Counted from the first letter of the stretch, positions 1-12,626 are shown. The stretch is DNA of 64,000 nt from Octopus vulgaris (GCA_951406725.2 OX597822.1:32240001-32304000); one strand, 5' to 3'. Notes: generated by a model not told the origin, from the letters alone. Numbers and translations are program-made.

Positions 1-182
1 CGTACAAATGCACATTCCCACGGCTTTATCGATCGCATTCTCACCTGGAATCGATTTTTGTAATTTTTTCAAGACTAATACACGCCCTAATACCGTCAGT
101 ATCTACATATCAAATTTGAGCGCAATCGGATGGAGGATGCCCGAGAAACTAGAAGACACACACACACAGAACAGAACGGATT

Positions 183-190
<8 letters not shown>
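1..190 (-). mobile_element. Non-autonomous Helitron-like repeat end (partial; second copy at ~51995-52080)
   Basis: atctacatatcaaatttga...atcggatggaggatgcccga...agaagacacacacac occurs here and at ~51998-52065. The minus strand begins TATATA..AAA followed by a (GT)-type microsatellite, the layout of small Helitrons. Confidence 0.45.
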
Positions 191-221
<31 letters not shown>

Positions 222-226
<5 letters not shown>

Positions 227-370
227 TAAAAACGGTAAAATAACAAAAGAAAGAAAGAGACCTCAATATTATGTAAATAGAGGAATTTATCTGTAAAATA
301 ATATGTGACTATTATTCGGTAGCCAAGATATGAACTCTGAGTTTTGGATGCCGAGGTGGATCTCAACTCC
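222..370 (-). mobile_element. PLE-like terminal fragment, same family as 12414-12825
   Basis: Near-identical to the reverse complement of 12495-12629, and abuts a (TA)n tract. Confidence 0.7.
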
Positions 371-676
371 GCTTGACTACCGGTGTTGGTGTGCTTACAT
401 CTCCGTAAATTAGCAGTCCGGAAAATAGACAGATGGAATAAGTATTATGCTCTAAAACGTTTGTCCTGGAGCCGGACAAAACCTATCGAGGCGATTCCCC
501 AGCGTGACCACTCTCAAATTACAATGAAAATAAAAGATTCAAAATGCTCTAATGAGACACGTGTTCCCCTGAAATTAAAGTAATTACCAAATTTCCAATT
601 TTGTTTTAATATATACTTATTCTGCAGTTTTAATTCATCAGAAATTTCATTTAGTATGGATGCCTTACTTAAAATG

Positions 677-678
<2 letters not shown>

Positions 679-746
<68 letters not shown>
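679..746. repeat. (TA)n microsatellite (representative of dozens of TA/CA/GA tracts in the window)
   Basis: Direct read of the sequence. Confidence 0.95.
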
Positions 747-749
<3 letters not shown>

Positions 750-1162
750 TATACATGTGCATTTGGTGACGGGATGTACTTCACGAGGATAGAACTTGAA
801 TCATAACCCCTTCCATACAGTATATGTATATACAAGTATTCTAGAACTGTGCTTGTATATAAACATGTATATGTATGTAGATAGGTAAATAGGTGTTGGA
901 TAGGTTATGACCGGAACGTCTCCAATCAAGCCTAAATGTAGTGTAGTAGTAATCTAATTGAAAACAATATTTTTGGTACATTATTCATTTTCAGGCACTA
1001 GGACTTTAAATTAGTACTTTTTGGGACGTAAAGTTTATATCCCGAATCATTTACACAGCAATCACGGAGCCCACATCATTTTTTTATCATTATTAACCAA
1101 GGAAACAGATTAGTACGAAGGTTTTGAACCCCTAATAATTATTTTCTCCAAATTTTATTTAT

Positions 1163-1562
1163 ATACTCTTTACTCTTTTACTTGTTTCAGTCATTTGACT
1201 GCGGCCATGCTGGAGCACCGCCTTTAGTCGAGCAAATCGACGCCGGGACTTATTCTTTGTAAGCTCAGTACTTATTCTATCGGTCTCTTTTGCCGAACCG
1301 CTAAGTGACGGGGACGTAAACACACCAGCATCGGTTGTCAAGCAATGCTAGGGGGACAAACACAGACACACAAACAAATACACACACACTTATATATATA
1401 CATATATACGACAGGCTTCTTTCAGTTTCCGTCTACCAAATCCACTCACAAGGCATTGGTCGGCCCGGGGCTATAGCAGAAGACACTTGCCCAAGGTGCC
1501 ACGCAGTGGGACTGAACCCGGAACCATGTGGTTGGTAAGCAAGCTACTTACCACACAGCCAT
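1163..1562 (-). mobile_element. tRNA-derived SINE family A (CORE-like body)
   Basis: Minus strand has an A box (tggctgtgtgg), a B box (ggttcagtccc), ttgggcaagtg CORE-like segment, internal microsatellite and (aaagagt)n tail. About 10 copies in the window. Confidence 0.9.
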
Positions 1563-1748
1563 TCATAATCAACGGTAATTAATGACTTGGTGAAGGGCGA
1601 CGTGCATGCAGAATACTAGTCACGTTGGGAAAGAGAAATTATAGCAGCTTAACAATACGTAAAGATGTTAATTTAACATGTAGTCCATGGAATGGTAAAA
1701 CGGAGCCCGTACAACTATATGATCTGTGAAGTAGTTCCTATTACATAT

Positions 1749-2130
1749 GGAGGCGCAATGGCCCAGTGGTTAGGGTGCTGACTCGCGGTCATAGGATCGC
1801 GGTTTCGATTCCCAGACCGGGCGTTGTGAGTGTTTATTGAGCGAAAACACCTAAAAGTTCCACGAGGCTCTGGCAGGGGATGATGGTGATCCCTGCTGTA
1901 CTCTTTCACCACAACTTTCTCTCACTCTTACTTCCTGTTTCTGTTGTACCTGTATTTCAAAGGGCCGGCCTTGTCACTCTCTGTGTCACGCTGAATATCC
2001 CCGAGAACTACGTTAAGGGTACACGTGTCTGTGGAGTGCTCAGCCACTTACACGTTAATTTCACGAGCAGGCTGTTCCGTTGATTCGGATCAACCGGAAC
2101 CCTCGTCGTCGTAACCGACGGAGTGCTTCC
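1749..2130 (+). mobile_element. tRNA-derived SINE family C, full length with TSD
   Basis: A box tggcccagtgg and B box gtttcgattcc. TSD attacatat at 1740-1748 and 2131-2139. Confidence 0.9.
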
Positions 2131-2558
2131 ATTACATATATTTGTGTGTTGTGAAACGATTAGAATGTCTCCCCTTCTATGTATTATAACATCTTTCCCA
2201 TTAAATATAGAACACTATTGGTACTGTTTGATACTACAGAAATTATATACTTTCTACATCAGACGAAAATATGCCTTGCTTAAGTATTTGTTATAAGTTT
2301 CTTTTTAGCTTTAACCAGATGAAACTACACTAATTTATAAAGAATACAATAAGACCACAAATGATTATTTTCTCTCATAAATATGTGCGCAGATTCAATA
2401 GTTTCTTCTTGTATCATTTTGAATAAATGTAAATATTGTGAATTAGTGGTTTCGTAATATTGTATTGTTTGTAAGATTAATAACGTGTATGTTTCTTTTC
2501 TGCACCTGCAACTGTCTCTCATATAATATTTATCTATAATTTATATAATTTCGTACAG

Positions 2559-2845
2559 CAAGTATAGAAGGCTTCAGAATTCATTGTACTCAAACTTTTC
2601 ACTGAGTTTCGTATGTAGCCTCCATAATTGTTGGCCATTTGGTACTGATATCACCTGTATTGCTCATATTGTCAAGGACATACGTGTGTGTCTATACACA
2701 TACAAACGCACAATTACTCACACATATCAACACATGCATACCCAAACTTACACATATGCATGCATTGGATGCATCAGAATAGAACGAGACTAGTTAGCTT
2801 TCTTTCTTTCTCTCCCTTTCTCTGTATACACACACGTCTGTATAA

Positions 2846-2890
<45 letters not shown>

Positions 2891-2904
2891 TATGTACACA
2901 CACA

Positions 2905-2952
<48 letters not shown>

Positions 2953-3038
2953 TATGCCTATATATGTATACACACACATATATATATATATACGTATATA
3001 TACATATATACATACATATATATCTCTATACATACATA

Positions 3039-3069
<31 letters not shown>

Positions 3070-3566
3070 ATATATATATATATATAACCTTATATCAATA
3101 CACTACCAACCCATGCGCATATACATGTGTGTTTGTAGCTGTGTGTGTATATGTATATATAGGTTTGTGCGTGTGCATAGCATGTGAATCGTTTTAGCAT
3201 CAGTGATAGCTAATGAAAGCACAAGTTTATTGTTATGGTTCACTTTTGTTTGATCATGCATTAGTACAGGAATATGACCTACTTCTTCCTAAGTTGGTTT
3301 CAGAAACATCCCGTTTTTCGAGATGTCCACAATAATAACGCTACGAGAAGTTTCTCTTGTCATTGGTAAGTCTTTCACTTGACATTCTCTCATGACCCAC
3401 ATTCATAGAATGCAGACAATTTTTCCCCTTCACTCGTCTTTTAGGGTTGCTGGAAAGTTCTTGTCTTTGGGTGAAGAAAATACAGGAAGACCAATTAATT
3501 GTGATTTTATTCAACAATATTCCCCTTCCGGGTTCACACACTTATTGCCACGTTCCTTCAGTTTTT
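2559..3566 (+). CDS. Possible three small coding exons of an unidentified gene (2559-2610, 3304-3365, 3445-3566)
   Basis: AG/GT boundaries (gtatgt, gtaagt, gtaaga), a 79-nt intron with polypyrimidine tract, and a phase-compatible open frame [24 protein letters not shown]...[12 protein letters not shown]...PRSFSF. No recognisable homology. Confidence 0.25.
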
Positions 3567-3689
3567 GTAAGAACACGAAACGTCGGGACCCTAATCAAGG
3601 CTTTCACGATACCTTTTCCACAATTCTTTTTCAATTCTTAGTAACTTTACCATTATTTACCATCTGTCTTCTAAATTCTACCAGTTGTA

Positions 3690-4030
3690 ATCACAGGACC
3701 GCGGCCATGCTGGAGCACCACCTCCAGAGGTTTTAGTCAACAAAATCTATCCCAGTACATAAAGTTTTTTTCGAAAATATACTATATACTACTCTTTAAG
3801 CTATTGACCCTTTCTGGCCGATATGCTATGTTACAAGACATAAACAAACCAACACCGAAGCCCTAGCTTTGGTAGGAAGCACATACACAAACATATACAT
3901 ATACATACACACATGAATACATACATATGCACACAAACACACACACGTACACACTCATATACATACACAGCTGGCTTCCACATATTTTCCTTGTGATAAA
4001 TTCACTGACAAGGTGCTGGTCGGCCCGGAG
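3690..4030 (-). mobile_element. Degenerate SINE family A
   Basis: gcggccatgctggagcacc and ggtcggcccgg landmarks are shared with 1163-1562. Confidence 0.7.
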
Positions 4031-4289
4031 AGGTGATAAAACGGGGACGTTGACGGCCTCGATCTACTCTCGAACTCGGAACGGGCGAAACAGGCCGCTC
4101 CTCTCCTGATCTTTATTTTCGAGTTCCTATATTTATCAGTGATCTTTCTGACTATGGACAAAGATGAATGTAATGTATCTATGTATACGTACACGAAGTT
4201 CGAAATACCGATAAGTATCGTACATTTAAAATGCACTGTACAAATACACACACACACACACACACACAGTTAAATAAATATATATATAT

Positions 4290-4995
4290 ATATGGAACGC
4301 ACGCTTCCATTTCTAAGTAAGATTGTTCTTGATATTAATAATGATGCGCACTCTTGACCTTTCTGTCCCCTTCCTTTCTCAGCCTTCATTCTTTCTGGTT
4401 TCTTTTTCTGCTACCTTACTGTCTCTCCCTCTCTCTCATTCTTCATTCTTTCTCGTTTCCTCACAACCATTCCCTTTTTCCCTCCCTTTCTCTTGCTCCT
4501 CCTCCTCCCTCCCGTCGTTGACCCGCGACGAGAGTCTGCTACTGTCTTTCTGGCCTGACTTCCTTGAAGTGTGGACGGCATTTTCTGTTGCTCCTTCGCC
4601 GTTCTCAAAAATAGCGTTCGTAATACTTTTTTCTCGTTCAGCTTAACAGCCCTTCTTGTCTTGCTATTCTCCTTGTCCTGTCTTTTACTGTTTATATTTT
4701 GTACTGTCGTTACTGTCCTATTTTTGTTACCATTTTTACCCCTCCGCAAAAAGATCTCAAATTTTATTTAATTTGCTTTTCACGGGAAGGAAAGTTTCTA
4801 TCGAATATGCGTATCGCATTCACCTTCGAAACGCAAAGTAGAGGAAACCATGGCGACTGAAGAAGGGGAATTTTCCTTGTATTATTTGTCCTGTACTCTA
4901 TTTTTTTGTTGTTTAAGAAAAATATCCAGTTCCTTGGTTTTGTGTTTATGTTTTCGTTTCTCATTGTGTTCGACGTTTTTTGGTGTCCTGTACCC
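4290..4995 (+). mobile_element. Decayed PLE-type non-coding terminal region with hammerhead remnant
   Basis: Pyrimidine-rich body. gaagg...ccttc-GAAACgcaaaGTA at ~4786-4840 resembles stem II, GAAA and the cleavage triplet, but the CUGANGA core is lost. Confidence 0.35.
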
Positions 4996-7016
4996 ATATA
5001 TGCGTGTATATATACATGTAGAGGTAGGTACGTACATATATGTATGTATATATGCATATGTTTTATTTATTAATTTATGCATATACATACTTATATACAA
5101 GCAAGTACACATATACGAATATGCATATACACACGCATATAACGTGCACACACACATATACACACACATATATGAGTAACTCATTTTCTGACACCCTTAT
5201 ACTGAAGAGAATGAGTACCTGGTTTCTTGTATTTGTATTCAATATTTACGATATTTTGTAATGGATTTCACCTGCTTTTGTTGAACATTGTATCTTTCGT
5301 ATATTGTGTAACTGGAATATTTTTCCATTATCACAATATATTTCATGAACATTCCAAAATATAAATATGGTATTCTATCATTGGAGGGAAGTATAGGAGC
5401 TTTTGCGTGAATGGTATTTCAACAATATTGGTAGGCACATAAGTCAGATCAACAAAGACACGATACAGTTAGCTTCGCAAATTTCAACTGAATTATTTAA
5501 CATATTCTTATCGAAACTACAAATATTCAAAATCTGTTTCAAAGGACTTTAATCAATCTATTTCTGAATATTTTGTTGACAGTACCAAAACTTGCAAGAA
5601 ATTTATTTCTAATAGTTTAAAAATTGCTCAGTTAAATACTAATTTCACCTCATTACCTAAGGGATTTATGGCAAATAGCAGTTAAACGGTTTTGAGGTTT
5701 CGCATTTTATTTTATTTTTTCTTGCATAACCCATCTATAACCAAGACTGCAGTAACGATATCGCCAACCGATTTGTTGCCAAAATCAGTTACGCATAATT
5801 GTGTATGCAAAGTGATTCACTGTAAGCCCAGACATCAATTAAGGATCTTCAAAAGGTTTCCTTCCAATGAATTTTTCTCCATTATTTTTATTTAGCATCA
5901 AAGAATAAAAAAAATACAAATTTAATTTTCAAGTCCAGATTAACTCACATAATTATAAGTCCTAACCACATTCTTTTTATATTTTTAGCTTGTAAAATTT
6001 AGATATTTGCTGAAACAGATATTCATGAGAGCAATCATGCCTTTTGAGGACTCTTAAATTTTGGTACAAAATCAAATTTGCTGTTTAAACTTGTTTTAAT
6101 TATCTTAAATTAATTTTAAAAAACCCTTTAAAATTTTGTATCAGTTTACCCAGAAAATAATTGAGAAATTTATTCACATCATTCTCTATGAAACCATACA
6201 GAGAAAACACAATCATTCCGAACAAAACTCGCTAGGTATACACTGCATCCATTAACCTGAAGATCAAACACATCGTCCAATAATGGGCGTCACTATAATG
6301 AGTTACTTTTCAAGAATAAAATATATAATCGTCTCCTATCAAAGCAAGTCACCACAACATCCTATTAAATGCTACACGACAGACATCTTCAGGATTTTAC
6401 AAATGCTGAACATCTGGTATGATATATCTTAATAGCATAATATAAACAGCATTACAAACATTTCATATGAAAGATTATGTCTTTTCATTAGGGTCATTAA
6501 TAAATACGAATAAACCATTTTTTCATTGGTTATTGACATATTGCTCAAGTAAGTAACCTGATGATTAGAGTGATCAGATGAGAGGATGCAACTGAACATT
6601 GACATTATAAATAGAAATGACCTCTGAAACACAAAGAGGATGCTGAAACCAATTGATATATTGTTTGATGTGTATGTTTTCTAAGGTAGAGAAACGCTCT
6701 CTACTCCATTGATTCTGAAATGTTGCGTTACTCCATGGCCATAAACTAAGCCTTATATCTGTTCTAGAACTTTTACTATACAACTAAACATCTTGAGAGT
6801 AATGAGTTAGGCTATTTGCTGGTGCAATATTTGACGTGAGTACTGAGTTGAACAGTGTGTATATGTGCTTGTTTAATGGTGAGTGTGGTCAGAGTACTGA
6901 AGTAAGCGGTATACAGGTGCGGGGAGAGGGATGATTAAATATGACAGGTATGTAGAAATATAAATACGGTAGATGTGAAATGAGGAGAGGTGATGATTTA
7001 AGTAATGTAATCTGGT

Positions 7017-9031
7017 TGACTGACCAAGCAGTTCCCGTTGGACTCCCCAAGAAGAAGAAACACAAGCACTGGGTGACGAAGAAGGTTAAACGAGAACTTC
7101 TACTCAGAGATATTGCTTGGGCTAAATTCAAAAATCTGGATTCGACTGCAGCTTTTGAGGTGTACAAAACTCAACGAGACCGAGCCGTGAAAATTAAAGA
7201 GGAAGAACGCTTCAGATATGAATACAAAAACGCGGCAAACGCCAGTAGCAATCCAAAAATCTTCTTTGCCCATGTCCAACGGAATTCCCGCTTGAACAAC
7301 CAAATTGCAACGTTGGTAGACTCAACAGGCGTATCGATTGGGGACCCTTATCAACAGAGTCAATTATTTGCCGTGGCTTTTTCAATATTTTCAAACAAGA
7401 TGATGGTCGTGAACCCCCTCCATTTGATAGATCGGTACCTCCAATGCTTCGATTGGTCATCACGCGGGACGAAGTCGAACGCGTTATTCAAGGCCTCGAT
7501 GTCAACAAGGGGCACGGCCTTGACGGCATACACCCACGGGTTATTAAAGCGTTGGCTCCGGTCATCTGCGATCCCTTAACACGTCTATTCAATATGTCAT
7601 TGGCGACGGGTGTTATACCTGCGGACTGGAGAACAGTGATAATCTGCCCAATTTTCGAGAAAGGGAGACGCGAAAACCCGCTTAACTACCGACCGGTTTC
7701 CCTTACATCAATAATCAGCAAGATGTTCGAAACCATCCTTAAGAAAAGTACGATGCTCCACCTTCAAAACACAGCCTCTATCTCTGATTTCCAATTGGTG
7801 CTTGACCAACTTACTGGTAATGGAAGAATTGGTGACGCGCATCCTCGATGATAGTGATGCTGTTGACATCGTTTTATTGGATTTTGCCAACGCTTTTGAC
7901 TCGGTAAACCACCGCCTATTACTTGTCAAGCCTCAAGCATATAGTTTCCATCCGGATATTGTACGACGGGTTGGTGCCTTCCTCTTAGATCGCTCCTTCC
8001 AAGTCCAAATTAATGGTTCGCGGTCCGACGTCTCCAGTGCGAGTAGTTGCGTGCCTCAAGGTTCAGTGCTTGGGCCCTTATTGTTCTTAGTCTTCATAAA
8101 TGACTTGCCCGACGACCTCACACAACACACCCTTCTATTTGCCGACGATGTCAAACTGGTCGCTCCTCGCGGTGATAAAGAGGATCTTCGTCGATGCCTC
8201 CACCAAATTTGGAGATGGTCTAACGAATGGGACCTGTGTCTGAAGGTGTCAAAGTGCTGTCATCTGCCTGTTGGGTCTCCTCTTGCAACTCAACTTGATT
8301 TCGAGCTGGGTTGTCTGCTGCTGGAGAGGACCGACCAGGTAAACGACCTGGGTATCTTGGTGGATTCCTCCTTTTCGCCTTCGGCCCAGTGCGTCCATGC
8401 TGCCAACAAAGCACGCGGAGTTCTGTTTTTGATTCGACTGTCATTCGTAATGCTCACAGCAGCCATATTCCTTCCGCTCTATGTCACGCTGGTGAGACCC
8501 TTTATTGGAGTACGGGATTCAAGCCTTTTCTCCTTATCTCCTCGAAGACATACAGCATCTCGAAAGAGTCCAGAAGCTGACTACCCGCATGGTTTTTGGT
8601 CTCAAGAATTTGTCTTATGAAGAAAGGCTGAAGACGCCCGACCTTTATTCTCTAGAAAAACGACGACGCCGTGGTGATCTCATTCTTGCTCACAACATCA
8701 TAAGCGGAAAGTGTAACCTCTTGAATGAGCTGTTCTTCACTCCTGCTCCAGAGCGTCGGCTGCGGGGTCATTCCGAAAAGCTCTATCTGCGACGATTTCA
8801 TCTCAATCGAAGGAGAGGGGCTTTCTCCGTCCGGGTTGCGGATCCGTGGAATAAGCTGCCGGACGAGATGGTGAAGATGCCGACGACCGCTCGGTTCAAA
8901 GTCTCCCTTGACCACAAGTGGCCTGAACTCTTTACATGAACACCACCCTGTACATAACTCCATGTCCCCCTATGTGGCCTTGCTTTTTTGCTTTTTGAGC
9001 CAAAAAATTAACTAACTAACTAACTAACTAA
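7017..9031 (+). mobile_element. 5'-truncated CR1-group LINE, ORF2 reverse transcriptase with frameshifts
   Basis: Motifs NYRPVSLTS, LLDFANAFDSVNH, VPQGSVLGPLLFLVFINDL, LFADDVKL and LERVQKLTTRM. Frameshifts at about 7400, 7795 and 8505, stop at 8939, (TAAC)n tail at 9009-9031. Confidence 0.93.
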
Positions 9032-9460
9032 GTTCTTAAAGCGCAAAAGAATGAAGTGAAAAGATTACTATCTGTTCACGACGGCGGCGGGACTCGGGTG
9101 GATCCTGTGGAAAGACTCCGATCACAGACAGATATTGTAGCGAATGACTGGTGGAAGGAAATTGTGCGAGACCGTGATGTCTTTGCCGAGTCTATGTCTG
9201 AGAGGTGCTAGGTGAAGCGGTCGGCCAAGCGGGGTCCAATTTGATCAACGTACAGGAAGGACAGAGAGCATGAGATGCAGTAGATGACATCACTGAAGGT
9301 GCATGTAAAAGAGTCAGTGATGTGATAGGGGTAGTGATGGATGCCAGTGAAAATGATGGTGTTGAAAATGTAGGAACATGTGCGACATCCGGGGTGTGAA
9401 CAGGAGAATGAGCCATGTTGTATTCGAGGTGTAGGGAAGAAACTGCGGACCGGACATATA
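9032..9460 (-). pseudogene. Penelope-like element GIY-YIG endonuclease remnant
   Basis: Manual minus-strand translation gives CSHPGCRTCSY...DSFTCTFSDVIYCISCSLSFLYVDQIGPRLADRFT*HL...RRREQIVIFSL. This matches the PLE pattern C..C.TC / VIY.I.C / Y(V/I)G.T.R.L..RF.EH. Confidence 0.8.
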
Positions 9461-9634
9461 TTTAAACCTCGAGAATAACTTTCCCCATTATTCTTGGTAA
9501 TAACTGCTTCTTCGATATGAGTCTAGCAAAATAAATAGCAATAATACTGGAAATAGTCATAAAGCATTATAATTAATTAATATGATCGAAATATAACATT
9601 TTGACCAGATTTTTAGAATTTTATATGCTTACAT

Positions 9635-10070
9635 GTGTGGCTATGGTAAGTGACTTGCTTACGAACCAAATGGTTCCGAGTTCAGTTCCACTCCGTGGTA
9701 CGTTGACTTCTACTATAGCTTCGAGTCGACTACAGCTTTGTGAGTGGATTTGGTCGACGGAAACTGAAAGAAGCCTGCTGTATATATATATATATATATG
9801 TGTATATGTGTGTATGTATGTATGTATGTATGTGTGTATGTGTGTGTATGTGCGTGTGTGTGTTTGTGTCTGTGTTTGTTCCCCCCAGCATCGCTGGACA
9901 GTCGAGCTTGGTGTGTTTACGTCCCCGTAACCTAGTGGTTCGGCAAATGAAACGAGTACAATGAGTACCGTGCTTAAAATATAAGTACTGCGTAAATTTG
10001 TTCGATTAACAATTCAAAGCCATACCACAGCGTGGCCGCAGTCAAATGATTGAAACAAATCGAAAGTAAA
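9635..10070 (+). mobile_element. SINE family A
   Basis: Homologous to 1163-1562 in the opposite orientation. Confidence 0.85.
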
Positions 10071-10152
10071 TGATACATATATGTGGGTAAGTCTGTATGT
10101 ATCTTTGTGTTTTTTCTCCGTCTTCCCTTCTTTTGATCTTTCTTTTTCCTAT

Positions 10153-10187
10153 GTTTCTGACGAAGAGCTCCGCTCGATACGTAAAAC
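10153..10187 (+). ncRNA. Minimal hammerhead motif with GAAA>GATA mutation, in a PLE-type terminal repeat (10085-10288)
   Basis: gttt-CTGACGA-a-gagc-tcc-gctc-GATA-c-GTA-aaac. Confidence 0.65.
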
Positions 10188-10284
10188 CCTCTTTCTTTCC
10201 TTCCGTCCTGAGCGTCCAATAATACTATATTTGTTCCACGTCCTCACGTTGTTTTGTTTTCTCTTTGTGTTTTCATGTTTGGAT

Positions 10285-10335
<51 letters not shown>

Positions 10336-10502
10336 AAAGTCAAAATGCGATAAAATAAAATTAATTATTATCGCCGGTGTTCTAGCACAGGCCATATATT
10401 ATTCATATATAAGTACATTAAAAGGCGAAGTATGTACTAGATACACAGAAGCTTGATAAATTTAGTGAAATGAAAATAAAAACTTTTACTAACTCGGTTC
10501 AT

Positions 10503-10571
10503 CTTATACTGCAGTTTCGTCTTTTTCAGCAATAAAAATAATTTATTTACTCAGGGAGACTCGTCAGTAAG
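10503..10571 (-). ncRNA. Type I hammerhead ribozyme with intact core
   Basis: Minus strand: ctta-CTGACGA-gtct-(34 nt)-agac-GAAA-ctgca-GTA-taag. Stems I and II pair, and stem III is the palindrome ctgcag. Confidence 0.85.
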
Positions 10572-10721
10572 GGCCCTGTTATTCTGAAATCGAACCTCAA
10601 TAGAAGCATGTGCGTCTACTAATTTGCTCTATCTAACTAATCAGATCACTGCGCAGACGCAGAAGGTACCCGACAAACTAGGGGTTTCTGGTATATAGTC
10701 TAACGCTCAAAATTTATCGAG

Positions 10722-10764
<43 letters not shown>

Positions 10765-10874
10765 TAATGGCGGTGCCCCAGCATGGCCACAGCTTGTGAG
10801 CTGAAACTAGATAAAATAATATATATATATATGTATATATATATGTGTGTGTGTGTGTGTATGTATATATATAG

Positions 10875-11060
10875 GGAGAGTTTACGAAAAAAACAAAAGA
10901 CGAAGAAAGGTGGTGTACAAAACAAACAGATGTATTAGTATAAGGCTCAGGAATAGAAAAAGTCTTTTACGTTTCGAGCCTATGCTCTTCTACAGAAAGA
11001 GACACAGAAAACAAGGAGAGAAAGAAATGTGTGTTGTGGCTAACGATCTATCATGGCGTC
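10875..11060 (-). mobile_element. PLE-type terminal repeat with variant hammerhead motif (10963-11000); related copies at 18095-18208, 25030-25200 and 60420-60600
   Basis: tcttt-CTGTAGA-a-gagc-atag-gctc-GAAA-c-GTA-aaaga, abutting a TA tract. Confidence 0.7.
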
Positions 11061-11115
11061 TGTCTGCATATCAATAATGTATTACACAAACACACACACA
11101 TACACACACACACAC

Positions 11116-11150
<35 letters not shown>

Positions 11151-11693
11151 CATACATATGCAAGCATTTGCAAGTATGTATATATTGAGTATGTACGCAT
11201 ATATGTGCGTACGTTTGTATTGACATTTTGTATTAGAAACAGCTTAGTAATGGAAACATTATCAACTCACCTACTTAGTTAAATGCTGTTGAAGCTTAGT
11301 AGCCGGCTATTTCGTCTAGGACAGATGGACTTTGTTAAAAAAAAGTATATAAGTATATATCAATGCTCGGTCAAATGAAACCTTTGAAGTGTAAGAATAA
11401 GAGAGATATCGACATTTCTCAGATTTTGCAGCCCAGCAGTGCTATATCTTCGACTTAGCGAAACTAGTGTGAAGATGGAACACATGAGCACCAAACATAG
11501 CAACTTATCAATAATTGTCATTCTCATTCACTTTCAGTGTGATGTGGTTTGGTCCAGCTTTGATGTATACTGTGTTTTCCAACACTATGAGTCTCTTCAT
11601 GAAACAATCCCAGATGTAGTACTGCAGATGTAACGTTGAAACATATCACATACGTTATGACACAACACTGACAATGTAATACATACATATATA

Positions 11694-11753
<60 letters not shown>

Positions 11754-12005
11754 GGGAGATAGATAGTTAGATAGACAGACAAACTAATAGATAGAGAGAT
11801 ATAAGTTTTCGCTGGCTATATTCCTATAATCAGTGAAAATTCACCTTCTCAAATATCGATGAAAATGAAGAATATGAACTCATGTATGTCTCTGCAGTCA
11901 GTGACTTCAAAGTTTACGTTTGTCGTATTGGCCCGAATGCATAATATACGAGCAAATGCACCATACTATAGGACACATTGATATATATATATATATATAT
12001 ATATA

Positions 12006-12393
12006 GCAATAATAATTCTCTAAACGAGGTATAGATAGTAACTGCTCCATAACATAAGGGACGTTAGCCATCCGAATGTGGCTAGGGACAGGGCAGGGCG
12101 GTGGGGGTGTTACTGATGCATTTAGCCCCAGGCGATCATCAACGTCACCAGAAGGGCTGACGCCATCACGGCGTCCTCTAGCCTGCAAAGGGAGATCATT
12201 CCCGGAAGAAGCGGGGAAACACCTTGAAACCTGGGTCCGTATGTGGCATCCGCTTCTTCGGGGAATGATCTTCCTTTGCAGGCTAGAGGACGCCGTGATG
12301 GCGTCAGCCCTTCTGGTGACGTTGATGATCGCCTGAGGCTAAATGCATCAGTAACACCCCCACCACCCTGCCCTGTCCCTACCCACATTCATG
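12006..12393. mobile_element. GC-rich fold-back element (~140-bp arms) between (TA)n tracts
   Basis: 12074-12213 is the reverse complement of 12250-12390 with about 5 differences. The left arm carries an extra ~68-nt extension. Confidence 0.85.
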
Positions 12394-12413
12394 TTATATA
12401 TATATATATATAT

Positions 12414-12626
12414 CTGTAAAATAATACGTGTCAATTTTCCAATAGCCAAGATAAAACTCTGAGCTTCGGATGCCGAGGTGGAAATCCACAACACCACATC
12501 GGCATCCGAAACTCAGAGTTTTATCTTGGCTATTGAAAAATTGTCACATATTATTTTACAGATAAATATCCTCTATTTACATAATATTGAGGTCTCTTTC
12601 TTTCTTTTGTTATCTTACCGTTTTTA

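Noticed and set aside
1749-1822. tRNA gene
   Set aside because: It is the tRNA-like head of a SINE: it continues into the SINE body, is flanked by a TSD, and has an imperfect cloverleaf.
11539-11629. Possible exon after ctttcag
   Set aside because: Weak donor, not phase-compatible with the upstream candidate exons, and no recognisable protein.
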